Assembly: GCA_965203445.1 (NCBI GenBank) | Contig: OZ241883.1 | Span: forward strand, 1,312,001-1,376,000 | Reading direction: 5' to 3' | DNA: 64,000 bases | Origin: Candidatus Oxydemutator sp. | GTDB lineage: Bacteria; Pseudomonadota; Gammaproteobacteria; Poriferisulfidales; Oxydemutatoraceae | Shown here: positions 34,898-43,084 of the stretch, piece by piece | Position numbering within the stretch: position 1 is the stretch's first letter | Layout: every line of letters starts with the position of its first letter | Notes under the pieces: model-generated | Told to the model about the DNA's origin: nothing | What the model saw: only the letters and a program-made list of their open reading frames with translations | Database searches by the model: none | Made by a program: the position numbers and the translations under genes

Positions 34898-35659
34898 ATG
34901 AGCGACAAAACTGCTATCGAATGGACGGACGCAACCTGGAATCCGGTAACGGGTTGCACCAAGATCACGCGAGGTTGTGATAATTGTTACGCTGAGCGAT
35001 TCGCCGAGCGGTTTCGGGGTACGCCCGGACATCCGTTTGCAAACGGATTTGATCTTACGCTTCGTCCGGAAAGGCTCACTCAACCGTTGTCATGGAAACG
35101 GCCGCGCATGGTTTTTGTCAATTCGATGAGCGACCTGTTTCACAAAAAAATACCCGCCGAGTTTATTGATCAGGTTTTCGATACTATGGAGGCGGCTGAC
35201 TGGCATATTTTTCAGATACTGACAAAACGCAGTTCACTGATGCGCCATTATTTGCAGCGCCGATACGGGCGCGCTCTGACACCGCAACATATATGGTGTG
35301 GCGTGTCGGTCGAAGATCACACGGCAACCGCCAGGATTCAGCACCTTCGAAAGGCGCCGGTCGCGGTACGATTTCTCTCCATCGAACCTCTTTTGGGGTC
35401 CGTGGGGAGTATTGATCTTACCGGAATCAGCTGGGTTATCGTCGGTGGAGAAAGCGGCCCTAAGGCGCGACCTATGCGGCTGGAGTGGGTTCTTGAAATT
35501 CGTGATCGTTGCAGGAGAGAAAAAGTACCTTTTTTCTTTAAGCAATGGGGAGGCCAGACACCGAAAGCAGGTGGGCGCATTCTGGAAGGAACTGAACATA
35601 ATGGAATGCCAGCGTATCTCAAGACGAGGAAGGGCGATGGACTTCAGATGGCATCCTGA
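34898..35659 (+). CDS. DUF5131 (Gp37/Gp68) three-Cys-motif, radical-SAM-like protein
   Basis: IEWTDATWNPVTGCTKITRGCDNCYA (Cx6Cx2C), FVNSMSDLFH, QILTKR, FLSIEPLLG, WVIVGGESG, FFFKQWGG. Confidence 0.93.
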   Translation: MSDKTAIEWTDATWNPVTGCTKITRGCDNCYAERFAERFRGTPGHPFANGFDLTLRPERLTQPLSWKRPRMVFVNSMSDLFHKKIPAEFIDQVFDTMEAADWHIFQILTKRSSLMRHYLQRRYGRALTPQHIWCGVSVEDHTATARIQHLRKAPVAVRFLSIEPLLGSVGSIDLTGISWVIVGGESGPKARPMRLEWVLEIRDRCRREKVPFFFKQWGGQTPKAGGRILEGTEHNGMPAYLKTRKGDGLQMAS

Positions 35660-36893
35660 ACAACTTCCACCACCTATCGAGGGGCATAGCAAGGCGAAGC
35701 TTACGGTATTGCGCAGCTATCTCCGCGCTTATTTTGATAGATTGGGCGGCAACTTTGCTCGTGATGAGTTCAAACTCGATTTTGTCGACGGTTTTGCCGG
35801 GGGCGGCACTTTTCAAGACGGTGACGACATAATTTCCGGAACACCGCTGATCATGCTGGAAGAATCCGCGGTTGCGAAAGAAAGGTTGGTGCGAGGGCGC
35901 ACCAAACCCATGCGCTTTGATTTCAAATACTACTTTGTTGATAAGGAAACCGCCCACACGGATCATCTGCGCAAGGTTTTGCAAGAGCGCGGCTATCAAG
36001 CGAATGGTGGAGAGATAGTTATTCTTAATCGTCGTTTTGAAGAGGTGGTGGATAACATCATTGCTGAGGTCAGCCGCCGTCAGCCGAGAGCTGGTCGTTC
36101 TATTTTTCTGCTTGACCAGACTGGATATTCTCAAGTGGAATTATCGCTTGTTGCCAGGATTCTTCGTGAGTTACGCGCCGCGGAAGTCATTCTGACGTTC
36201 GCGGCGGATATTCTTTTTAACTTTCTTAATAAGAGTCCTGAATTTGTTCGGGCGGTTTCCTCATTTGGGCTAACATCGGAGGATGTGCGCCACTTAATAC
36301 AACTCAAGGGCGGTGCAGGTGGATTAGCACTTGCTCAAAGAACACTCCGCGAGCATATCCGATTTGTGACGGGCGCGAACTTCGACACACCCTTTTTTAT
36401 TCAACCTAGGTCATCGCGTCGTGCGTTGTGGTTTTTGCATTTGTCAAGACATCCCACGGCGCGTGACGTGATGATGCAGTGTCATTGGAATCTATCGAAC
36501 ACATTCAAGCATTATGGTTCTGGCGATTTCGAGATGCTGGGATGGGATGACTTGGCACCAGGAGGAGAAACTTTGCCGCTGTTTGATTTTAGGGAACATG
36601 ACAAGCGGGCGATGAAGAAGGGGCTGCTTGATACACTGCCTGAAAAATTATTCAGCTTGGCGTCCGAAGAACCTGTCACCATAGATGCGATGCGATATAT
36701 GTTTGCCAATCAAACAGCTGCTCGTTTTTCTGATTATGATTCAATTTTGCTCGAACTTTTTCGAGGGAAAGAATTGAACATTCTAAATCCTGATGGCAAA
36801 GTACGTGCGCGCACCCTGAAACGCATTAGATCCACGGATCGAATCGCGTTTCCGAAACAGTTGTTGCTTCCAGGAATTTTACGTCGTCGTTAG
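35637..36893 (+). CDS. tcmP: Three-Cys-motif partner protein (TcmP family, MTase-like fold)
   Basis: HSKAKL..L..YL..Y, FVDGFAGGG (SAM-binding-like), GTPLI, FLLDQTGY; overlaps DUF5131 by 23 nt. Confidence 0.85.
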   Translation: MDFRWHPEQLPPPIEGHSKAKLTVLRSYLRAYFDRLGGNFARDEFKLDFVDGFAGGGTFQDGDDIISGTPLIMLEESAVAKERLVRGRTKPMRFDFKYYFVDKETAHTDHLRKVLQERGYQANGGEIVILNRRFEEVVDNIIAEVSRRQPRAGRSIFLLDQTGYSQVELSLVARILRELRAAEVILTFAADILFNFLNKSPEFVRAVSSFGLTSEDVRHLIQLKGGAGGLALAQRTLREHIRFVTGANFDTPFFIQPRSSRRALWFLHLSRHPTARDVMMQCHWNLSNTFKHYGSGDFEMLGWDDLAPGGETLPLFDFREHDKRAMKKGLLDTLPEKLFSLASEEPVTIDAMRYMFANQTAARFSDYDSILLELFRGKELNILNPDGKVRARTLKRIRSTDRIAFPKQLLLPGILRRR

Positions 36894-36911
36894 TTTTTGA
36901 AAAGTTTTCCG

Positions 36912-39900
36912 ATGCCCCAACGCCGCTCAACGAGGAACCCGTCCCTCCAAAACCGTCTCGCGCTGCACCGCTTCATCTGCCGCGAGTTCGGTTACGAGGG
37001 CCTGGATGTCATGCTCGAACGATTGGGCGACGCCGCGCCCGACCCTGCTTCCGGCGGCGACGGCGCATATGCCGAAGCCCTGTATCTCCCCGACCGCGCC
37101 GCAATCACCCCCGACCAACTCGCCCGCTACGACGCCAACATCGCCGCCCATAGCCGTCGTCTGCGTATCACCGCCGATCATGGGCGCACCTGGAAACCGC
37201 ACCAGTATCTCGCCCTGCTGTTCACCGAACATTATCTGCGCCGTTATTTCGACGATCCCGAAGCGTTGCGCGCCGACCTGAACGACGCGAAGAGCAAGCA
37301 CCCCGCGACCGCGCCCCTGCCGGACTACGAGGCGGACGATCTGCGCACCCTCGCGTTTCAGAGCGCGACCGGGTCGGGCAAGACGCTGTTGATGCACGCG
37401 CACATTCTGCAATACCGGCATTATCTGAGGGACGCCGGCGGGCGCCTGAACAACATCGTGCTGGTGACGCCGAACGAGCAGATGTCGGTGCAGCACGAGC
37501 GCGAGCTGGGCGAAAGCCGCCTGCCGGCGCGGTTGTTTTCCGGCGATGCCGGTTCGGAATTGTTCGCGCCGGTCGAGATCATAGACCTGAACAAGCTGGC
37601 CGAAAAGAAGGGCGTCAAGCGCGTCGCCGTGGCCGACTTCGGCGACGACAACCTGGTGCTGGTGGACGAGGGGCATCTGGGCGCGTCGGGGAAAGTCTGG
37701 CGCGAGCATCGCAAGGAGCTGTCGCGCGGCGGCTTTGCGTTCGAGTATTCGGCCACGTTCAACCAGATAACGAGCAAGCCGGGCAACGCCGATCTGCTAG
37801 ACGCCTACGGCAAGTGCCTGTTGTTCGATTATTCCTACCGCCGCTTTCACGAGGACGGCTACGGCAAGGACTACGCCATCCTGAATCTGCCGGACGGCTT
37901 CCAGGACGACAACAGCAAGATGTATCTGCTCGGCTGCCTGCTGACTTTCTATTCGCAATGCCGCATCTGGCGCGCCAAAGGAGCGGGATGGCAGGCGTTC
38001 AACGTAGCGAAGCCGCTGTGGGTGTTTCTCGGCAAGACGGTCAAGGGTTCGAGCAGGGCCGATCAGGAAACCCGTTCCGACGTCGTGCTCATCCTGCATT
38101 TTCTCGGCTGGGTGTTGGCACACGGCGATGAGGTGCGGGCGATGATCGCGCGCCTGCTGGCCGGCAAATCGGGGTTGCGCGACGAGGCCGGCAACGATTA
38201 CTTCGCCGACCGCTTTCCCCACCTGCCGCGCGCCGGCGAGGATCTCTACGCCGATCTGTGCGCGACCCTGTTTCACGGGGGCGGGAAGCTGCACGTCGTT
38301 TATCTGACCGCCGGCGAAGGCGAACTGCATCTGCGCACCGCCGACAACGCCCCTTTCGGCGTGGTCAACGTCGGCGATTCGGCGGCGCTCTACAAACTAC
38401 TCGCCGAGACGCCGAACCCGGATTGGAAGGTCGAGCGCGAGATGGGCTTTGCGGCGCGTCTCTTCGCCGACGTTGATCGCCCGGACTCGACGGTGAACGT
38501 CGTCATCGGCGCGCGCCGCTTCATCGCCGGCTGGAATTCCTGGCGCGTGAGCACGATGGGGCTGATGCACGTGGGCGTCGGCGAAGGGCCGGAAATCATC
38601 CAGATGTTCGGGCGCGGCGTGCGCCTGAAAGGCTGGAACATGAGCCTGAAGCGGCACCGGGAAAGCGGTGCCGAACCGCCCGCGGACGGCACCGAACTGG
38701 CCGAATTGGAGAGGCTGTACATCTTCGGCCTGCGCGCCAATTACATGCAGACCTTCCGCAATCTGCTACAGGCGGAAGGAATGCAGACCGAACGGGAGAC
38801 GTTCCCGTTGCCGGTAACGTGGAACTTTGCGAAGGAGAAGAATCTGAAACTGATCCGGCTGAAGGAAGACAGCCGATACGATCTTTGTGCCGAGCGCCCG
38901 GTATTGCCGGAACCGACCGGCGCCCGCCTTCCTATCGTGACACTCGACTTGCACTCGCGGCTGCAATCGGTTGCGTCGAACGATACTGCGACCGGCGGAG
39001 GGAGAGACGAGACCACGTCCAGCCTGAAACCCTATGCCGCCTTTTTCGATACGACGCGCGTGTACAACGGGCTGCTGCGGCGCAAGCGGCAGAGAAACTG
39101 GTGCAATCTGATCATCGAGCGTGCGACGGTGGAGAAACTGTTGGCCTGCGATGACTGGTATGAACTCTCTCTGCCACCGGAGCGACGCGAACCCAAGGGA
39201 TTTGCCCAAGTGCGCCGGCTGGAAGACGTGGCCCTCGACCTGATCACGGAATACGCCGACCAATTCTGGCGCAAGCGGCGTCGCCAGTGGGAGCACAAAA
39301 AGATCGAGGTCATACCGCTGGAGAAAAACGATCCGAACGTTGTGAACTATGAATTGCTCGTGGATACGACCGAACAAAAGCTGGCGGACGAGGCCCGCAA
39401 ACTGGCGAACTGTATACGGGAAGAGCGGCCGGATTACTTGCGGTCTTGGTACGACGGCCTGAAAATCGGCGTCGTTCGGGAGCAAAGCCGCCACGCCTAC
39501 CAACCGCTGCTCTACGCCAAAAAAGAGCGCGTGGTCACGGTGCAACCGATCCCGCTGGATGAGAACGAGAGGAAAGTCGTCGAGGAGCTGGCGGAGCTTG
39601 CCGACGCCGGCGACGACTGCCTGCAAGGCCGGGAACTGTTCCTGATTCGCAATCTGACACGCGGCCGCGGCGTGTCGTTTTTCGACGACTACGGATATTA
39701 CCCGGACTTCATCGTCTGGCTGAGGGACGGCGACTTCCAGCACGTTTTGTTTCTCGACCCGAAGGGGCTGGGCCGGTACGGGAGAAGGGAGCGCCAGAAA
39801 GTGCGGCTGCATAAAGCGATCAAAGAAACCGAAAGGCAGGTGCGCAAGGACGACCCGACCCTGCGCCTGTGCGCCTACGTGCTATCCGTAACACCCGTCT

Positions 39901-40025
39901 CCGAAATAGACGGCGGCGAACGCCCCGCAAGCGATTGGAAACAAGACGGCGTGTATTTCCTGAACGAGGAAAACTGCCTGAAACAAGTCATCAAACACGC
40001 GCTGGGGCAGACGGCCACCGCTTGA
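36912..40025 (+). CDS. res: Type III-like R-M restriction subunit (SF2 helicase + PD-(D/E)xK nuclease)
   Basis: SATGSGKT, DEGH, EYSATF, QMFGRGVRL, C-terminal YPDFIVW...FLDPKG. Confidence 0.9.
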   Translation: MPQRRSTRNPSLQNRLALHRFICREFGYEGLDVMLERLGDAAPDPASGGDGAYAEALYLPDRAAITPDQLARYDANIAAHSRRLRITADHGRTWKPHQYLALLFTEHYLRRYFDDPEALRADLNDAKSKHPATAPLPDYEADDLRTLAFQSATGSGKTLLMHAHILQYRHYLRDAGGRLNNIVLVTPNEQMSVQHERELGESRLPARLFSGDAGSELFAPVEIIDLNKLAEKKGVKRVAVADFGDDNLVLVDEGHLGASGKVWREHRKELSRGGFAFEYSATFNQITSKPGNADLLDAYGKCLLFDYSYRRFHEDGYGKDYAILNLPDGFQDDNSKMYLLGCLLTFYSQCRIWRAKGAGWQAFNVAKPLWVFLGKTVKGSSRADQETRSDVVLILHFLGWVLAHGDEVRAMIARLLAGKSGLRDEAGNDYFADRFPHLPRAGEDLYADLCATLFHGGGKLHVVYLTAGEGELHLRTADNAPFGVVNVGDSAALYKLLAETPNPDWKVEREMGFAARLFADVDRPDSTVNVVIGARRFIAGWNSWRVSTMGLMHVGVGEGPEIIQMFGRGVRLKGWNMSLKRHRESGAEPPADGTELAELERLYIFGLRANYMQTFRNLLQAEGMQTERETFPLPVTWNFAKEKNLKLIRLKEDSRYDLCAERPVLPEPTGARLPIVTLDLHSRLQSVASNDTATGGGRDETTSSLKPYAAFFDTTRVYNGLLRRKRQRNWCNLIIERATVEKLLACDDWYELSLPPERREPKGFAQVRRLEDVALDLITEYADQFWRKRRRQWEHKKIEVIPLEKNDPNVVNYELLVDTTEQKLADEARKLANCIREERPDYLRSWYDGLKIGVVREQSRHAYQPLLYAKKERVVTVQPIPLDENERKVVEELAELADAGDDCLQGRELFLIRNLTRGRGVSFFDDYGYYPDFIVWLRDGDFQHVLFLDPKGLGRYGRRERQKVRLHKAIKETERQVRKDDPTLRLCAYVLSVTPVSEIDGGERPASDWKQDGVYFLNEENCLKQVIKHALGQTATA

Positions 40026-40105
40026 TACAATGGGGTTTCTCTCGACGGCCATGCCTCTGATTCAGAGGGAAGGGCAAAGGTCATGACAGGCGAGGAAGTC
40101 ACACT

Positions 40106-41455
40106 ATGAATATCAGAAAATTGATCATTGAGGATGTCCGTTGTTTTGCGGGCAGGCAGGAATTCGAGATACGCCCCATTACTTTTTTGGTGGGTGAAAA
40201 CAGTACCGGAAAATCTACCGCCCTTGCCTGTTTGCAAACGTTGTATGATTTTCTTAGATCTTCAAGCTCTGGCTTGGACTTCAATGCGAAGCCATACAAT
40301 TTGGGTGCTTTCGCCGATATTGTCAGAATCTCAAGGCCTAAAAAGAAACGTTTTCGATTAGGCATTGAGCTTGAGACGCAGCACTCGAAGGCAGTTCAGT
40401 TTTGTTTGACTATAACGGAGAGAGAGGCAGGTTCTGAGCCCGTTGCTCAGAAGCTGAGTATGCTTTTTGTTGATGGCAACAAAATACTTGTTAAGCGAAG
40501 CAGCCAACAGGAGAGCCAAAGTGAAAGTCCTCCGCAAGTTGAAATACGAGAGAAACCGGACGGGAAAAAGCAATTTGTTATTGCGTTGCCTTTCTTGAAC
40601 CTGGGAAGTTTTAATCTATGGTCGTTTACACTGTTTTTCGACAAAGGGCCAGAAGCGTCTGAACTGAAACGATTTTCGGAAATGCACAAAGAATTCTTCT
40701 CTGAATTCTTCTCTCCAAGAAATTTTCCTAATGTGTACAGTTTTGCACCGATTCGGTCCAGGCCACAACGCACGTACAACCCACTGAGAGAAGATAGCAG
40801 TCCTGAAGGCAGCGATATACCCATGATGTTGATGAATATGGTCAGGGTGAGTGAGGAGCAATGGGAGCAATGGGAGCAATGGGACAAATTGAAAGACAGA
40901 TTGGCCAAGTTCGGAAAATCTTCGGGTTTGTTCAAGGATGTCAACGTCAGAAAACTTGGAGGGTCTACGAGCGATCCGTTTCAGTTGCAAGTTAATGTGA
41001 GAGGTCCGAAAATCAACCTTATGGACGTAGGCTACGGCGTCAATCAAATCCTTCCTATTTTAGTGCGTATCTTTGACGCCGTAGCAACAGAGGAAACTTT
41101 TTTAATGCCGCAACTGAGGACAACTTTTTTAATGCAGCAGCCGGAAGTACATTTGCATCCCAAGGCCCAGGCAGAATTGTCTTCTCTGTTGATCGAGATT
41201 GCTCGACAAAGGAAACAGAATTTTGTTATCGAAACACACAGCGACTACATGATTGACCGCGCAAGTGTTGATATCCGGAAAGGAAGAATATCGCATGAGG
41301 ATGTTTCGCTGATTTACTTGGAACCACGTCGCAGAGATGTTCAGGTGCACAATATAAAGTTTGACGAGCAGGGAAATTTGTTGAACGCCCCGAGTGGCTA
41401 CCGACAGTTTTTCCTTGAGGAGTCAAACAGATTTCTCGGGTTTGATGAGGATTGA
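40106..41455 (+). CDS. ABC-type (AAA_21/AbiEii-like, DUF3696-like tail) ATPase
   Basis: Walker A VGENSTGKST, signature DVGYGVNQILP, QQPEVHLHP, IETHSDY, C-terminal DEQG..P..FF. Confidence 0.88.
   Translation: MNIRKLIIEDVRCFAGRQEFEIRPITFLVGENSTGKSTALACLQTLYDFLRSSSSGLDFNAKPYNLGAFADIVRISRPKKKRFRLGIELETQHSKAVQFCLTITEREAGSEPVAQKLSMLFVDGNKILVKRSSQQESQSESPPQVEIREKPDGKKQFVIALPFLNLGSFNLWSFTLFFDKGPEASELKRFSEMHKEFFSEFFSPRNFPNVYSFAPIRSRPQRTYNPLREDSSPEGSDIPMMLMNMVRVSEEQWEQWEQWDKLKDRLAKFGKSSGLFKDVNVRKLGGSTSDPFQLQVNVRGPKINLMDVGYGVNQILPILVRIFDAVATEETFLMPQLRTTFLMQQPEVHLHPKAQAELSSLLIEIARQRKQNFVIETHSDYMIDRASVDIRKGRISHEDVSLIYLEPRRRDVQVHNIKFDEQGNLLNAPSGYRQFFLEESNRFLGFDED
40855..40884 (+). repeat. In-frame 9-bp tandem repeat (GGAGCAATG)x3 encoding EQW x3
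   Basis: ggagcaatg ggagcaatg ggagcaatg gga. Confidence 0.9.
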
Positions 41456-41458
41456 TTC

Positions 41459-41896
41459 ATGTGCATCATCATAGATACCAACCTGTACGGTGAGTTTGGC
41501 AAAGAGTATATGAAACCACTGAGAGAATGGATAGAAAACAAAAAAAGAAAGGGCAAAATTGTCTATTCTTTGGCGGGAGATCTCGGGCAAGAATTGAATG
41601 CCCATGGAAGAATGAAGAAGAAGCTTGAACTATATAAGGAAATGGGGGTAGCCAAACTGATTTCCAAAAAGGCAGTGGAAAGAGAAAAGGAAGTAGTAGC
41701 AGGATTAAACCTGCGCTCGAATGATCCGTATATCATTGCATTAGCTCGAGTCTCCCGCACCCGATTGTTGACTTCAGAGGATGTCGCATTGTGCAAGGAT
41801 TTCAAAAACAGAAAAATCATTAGAGGCGGGAAAATCTATAAAGCGCGGGAACATGACGAACACGCACATCTGCTTAGCCGGAATAAATGCCCATAA
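41459..41896 (+). CDS. PIN-like domain protein
   Basis: MCIIIDTN, E in helix 2 region, SNDPYIIALA, LLTSEDVAL..DF (PIN acidic-residue pattern); 3 nt after the ATPase. Confidence 0.65.
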   Translation: MCIIIDTNLYGEFGKEYMKPLREWIENKKRKGKIVYSLAGDLGQELNAHGRMKKKLELYKEMGVAKLISKKAVEREKEVVAGLNLRSNDPYIIALARVSRTRLLTSEDVALCKDFKNRKIIRGGKIYKAREHDEHAHLLSRNKCP

Positions 41897-41924
41897 GTTC
41901 CGCTATTTGATATTCTGCGCCACT

Positions 41925-42353
41925 GTGCCGTCTCCCACCCCCAAATTCCCCGCCATCGTTCGCCCCGTCCTTGCGGCGTATCCGGACGTTCAGGCCGTTT
42001 ATCTGTGCGGCACCTGGGGGACGGCGGATCAGCGGCCCGACAGTGATCTGGACGTCGGCGTGTTGTTGCCGCCCGCGACGGCGCGCGCGGTCGAGCCTTC
42101 GGCGTGGCATGGTCTTGCGGCCGAAGTGGCGCTGGCTGCAAAGGTGGAGCACGCCGATCTGGTCAACGTGCTTACCGCCCCGGTGATTTTGCGCAAGGAA
42201 GTGGTCGCCGCCGACCGGCGCATATATTGCGCCGACGAAAACGCCGCCGCCGAGTTTGAAATGCTGACGTTGTCCATGTACCAGAAGTTCAACGACGAGC
42301 GCCGGGAAATCGTCGAAAGCGGTCTGAGCGGCGGAAGGTTTTATGACGTCTGA
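41925..42353 (+). CDS. Minimal nucleotidyltransferase (MNT/MntA) antitoxin
   Basis: VYLCGTWG...PDSDLDVGV, DLV; GTG start 41925; overlaps the HEPN gene. Confidence 0.85.
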   Translation: MPSPTPKFPAIVRPVLAAYPDVQAVYLCGTWGTADQRPDSDLDVGVLLPPATARAVEPSAWHGLAAEVALAAKVEHADLVNVLTAPVILRKEVVAADRRIYCADENAAAEFEMLTLSMYQKFNDERREIVESGLSGGRFYDV

Positions 42354-42759
42354 CGTGTTGTTGCAGAAGAAGGCCGGCCTCGAGCGGTGCATACGGCAGG
42401 CGCGGGCGTATTACGCGACGCCGTCGGAAAATCCCTTCGCCAATGATTTTTACAAGCAGGACGCGGTCGTCATGAATCTACAGCGCGCCTGCGAACAGTG
42501 CATTGATATGGCCAATCACGTGGTTCGGCTGAAGAAACTGGGGCTGCCGTCCACCAGCGCCGAGAGTTTTGTCATGCTGCGCAAGGCGGGCCTCATAGAC
42601 GCCGCTATGGAAAAGCAGTTGATCGGCATGGTGGGATTCAGAAACGTCATTACCCATCGGTATCAGGACCTTGATTATCGGCGGGTAGAGGAAGTGATAA
42701 GGCGGCATGCCGACGACTTGATCGCCTTTGCCGACGTTATGGTGGCTTTACCAAAGTAG
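42343..42759 (+). CDS. HEPN (HepT/DUF86) RNase toxin
   Basis: NLQRACEQCIDMANH; MVGFRNVITHRY (Rx4HxY). Confidence 0.92.
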   Translation: MTSDVLLQKKAGLERCIRQARAYYATPSENPFANDFYKQDAVVMNLQRACEQCIDMANHVVRLKKLGLPSTSAESFVMLRKAGLIDAAMEKQLIGMVGFRNVITHRYQDLDYRRVEEVIRRHADDLIAFADVMVALPK

Positions 42760-42870
42760 CGTTTTCCGATGGCGCGGGCAGGCGGCGTTACCGACCCCGA
42801 AAACAAAGGGAATTGTGTAGCAAAATCCGCTGCGTTACGTCCGACTGTTTTGTGGCTGCCGTCAATATCC

Positions 42871-42900
42871 GATAAACTATTGTTATATAATTGTTTTATC
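42871..42900. promoter_or_regulatory. AT-rich imperfect palindrome upstream of mtoX (candidate operator)
   Basis: GATAAACTATTGTTATATAATTGTTTTATC; contains TATAAT. Confidence 0.45.
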
Positions 42901-43084
42901 CTCAAAACGCGGTCTTCGGACACGATTTCCCGAAATATATGCGATCGCCGTGTATGCCCGTGCCCCAGGCCCGTTTTCGGCTATTGCGGTCTTCGTGTTA
43001 TACTGAATCACATATGCCGGCAGGCCCGCGGGCGCACCGGCGTTGCCAATTCCAAAGATCAAAATGAAAGAGGAGGTTCCAACG

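Noticed and set aside
25529-42759. Self-mobile island (prophage, ICE or transposon) or integron cassette array
   Set aside because: No integrase, transposase, att repeats or convincing attC sites recognised; treated as an accreted defence hotspot.
41925-42759. MNT-HEPN pair as a new system
   Set aside because: Canonical type VII HepT/MntA toxin-antitoxin.
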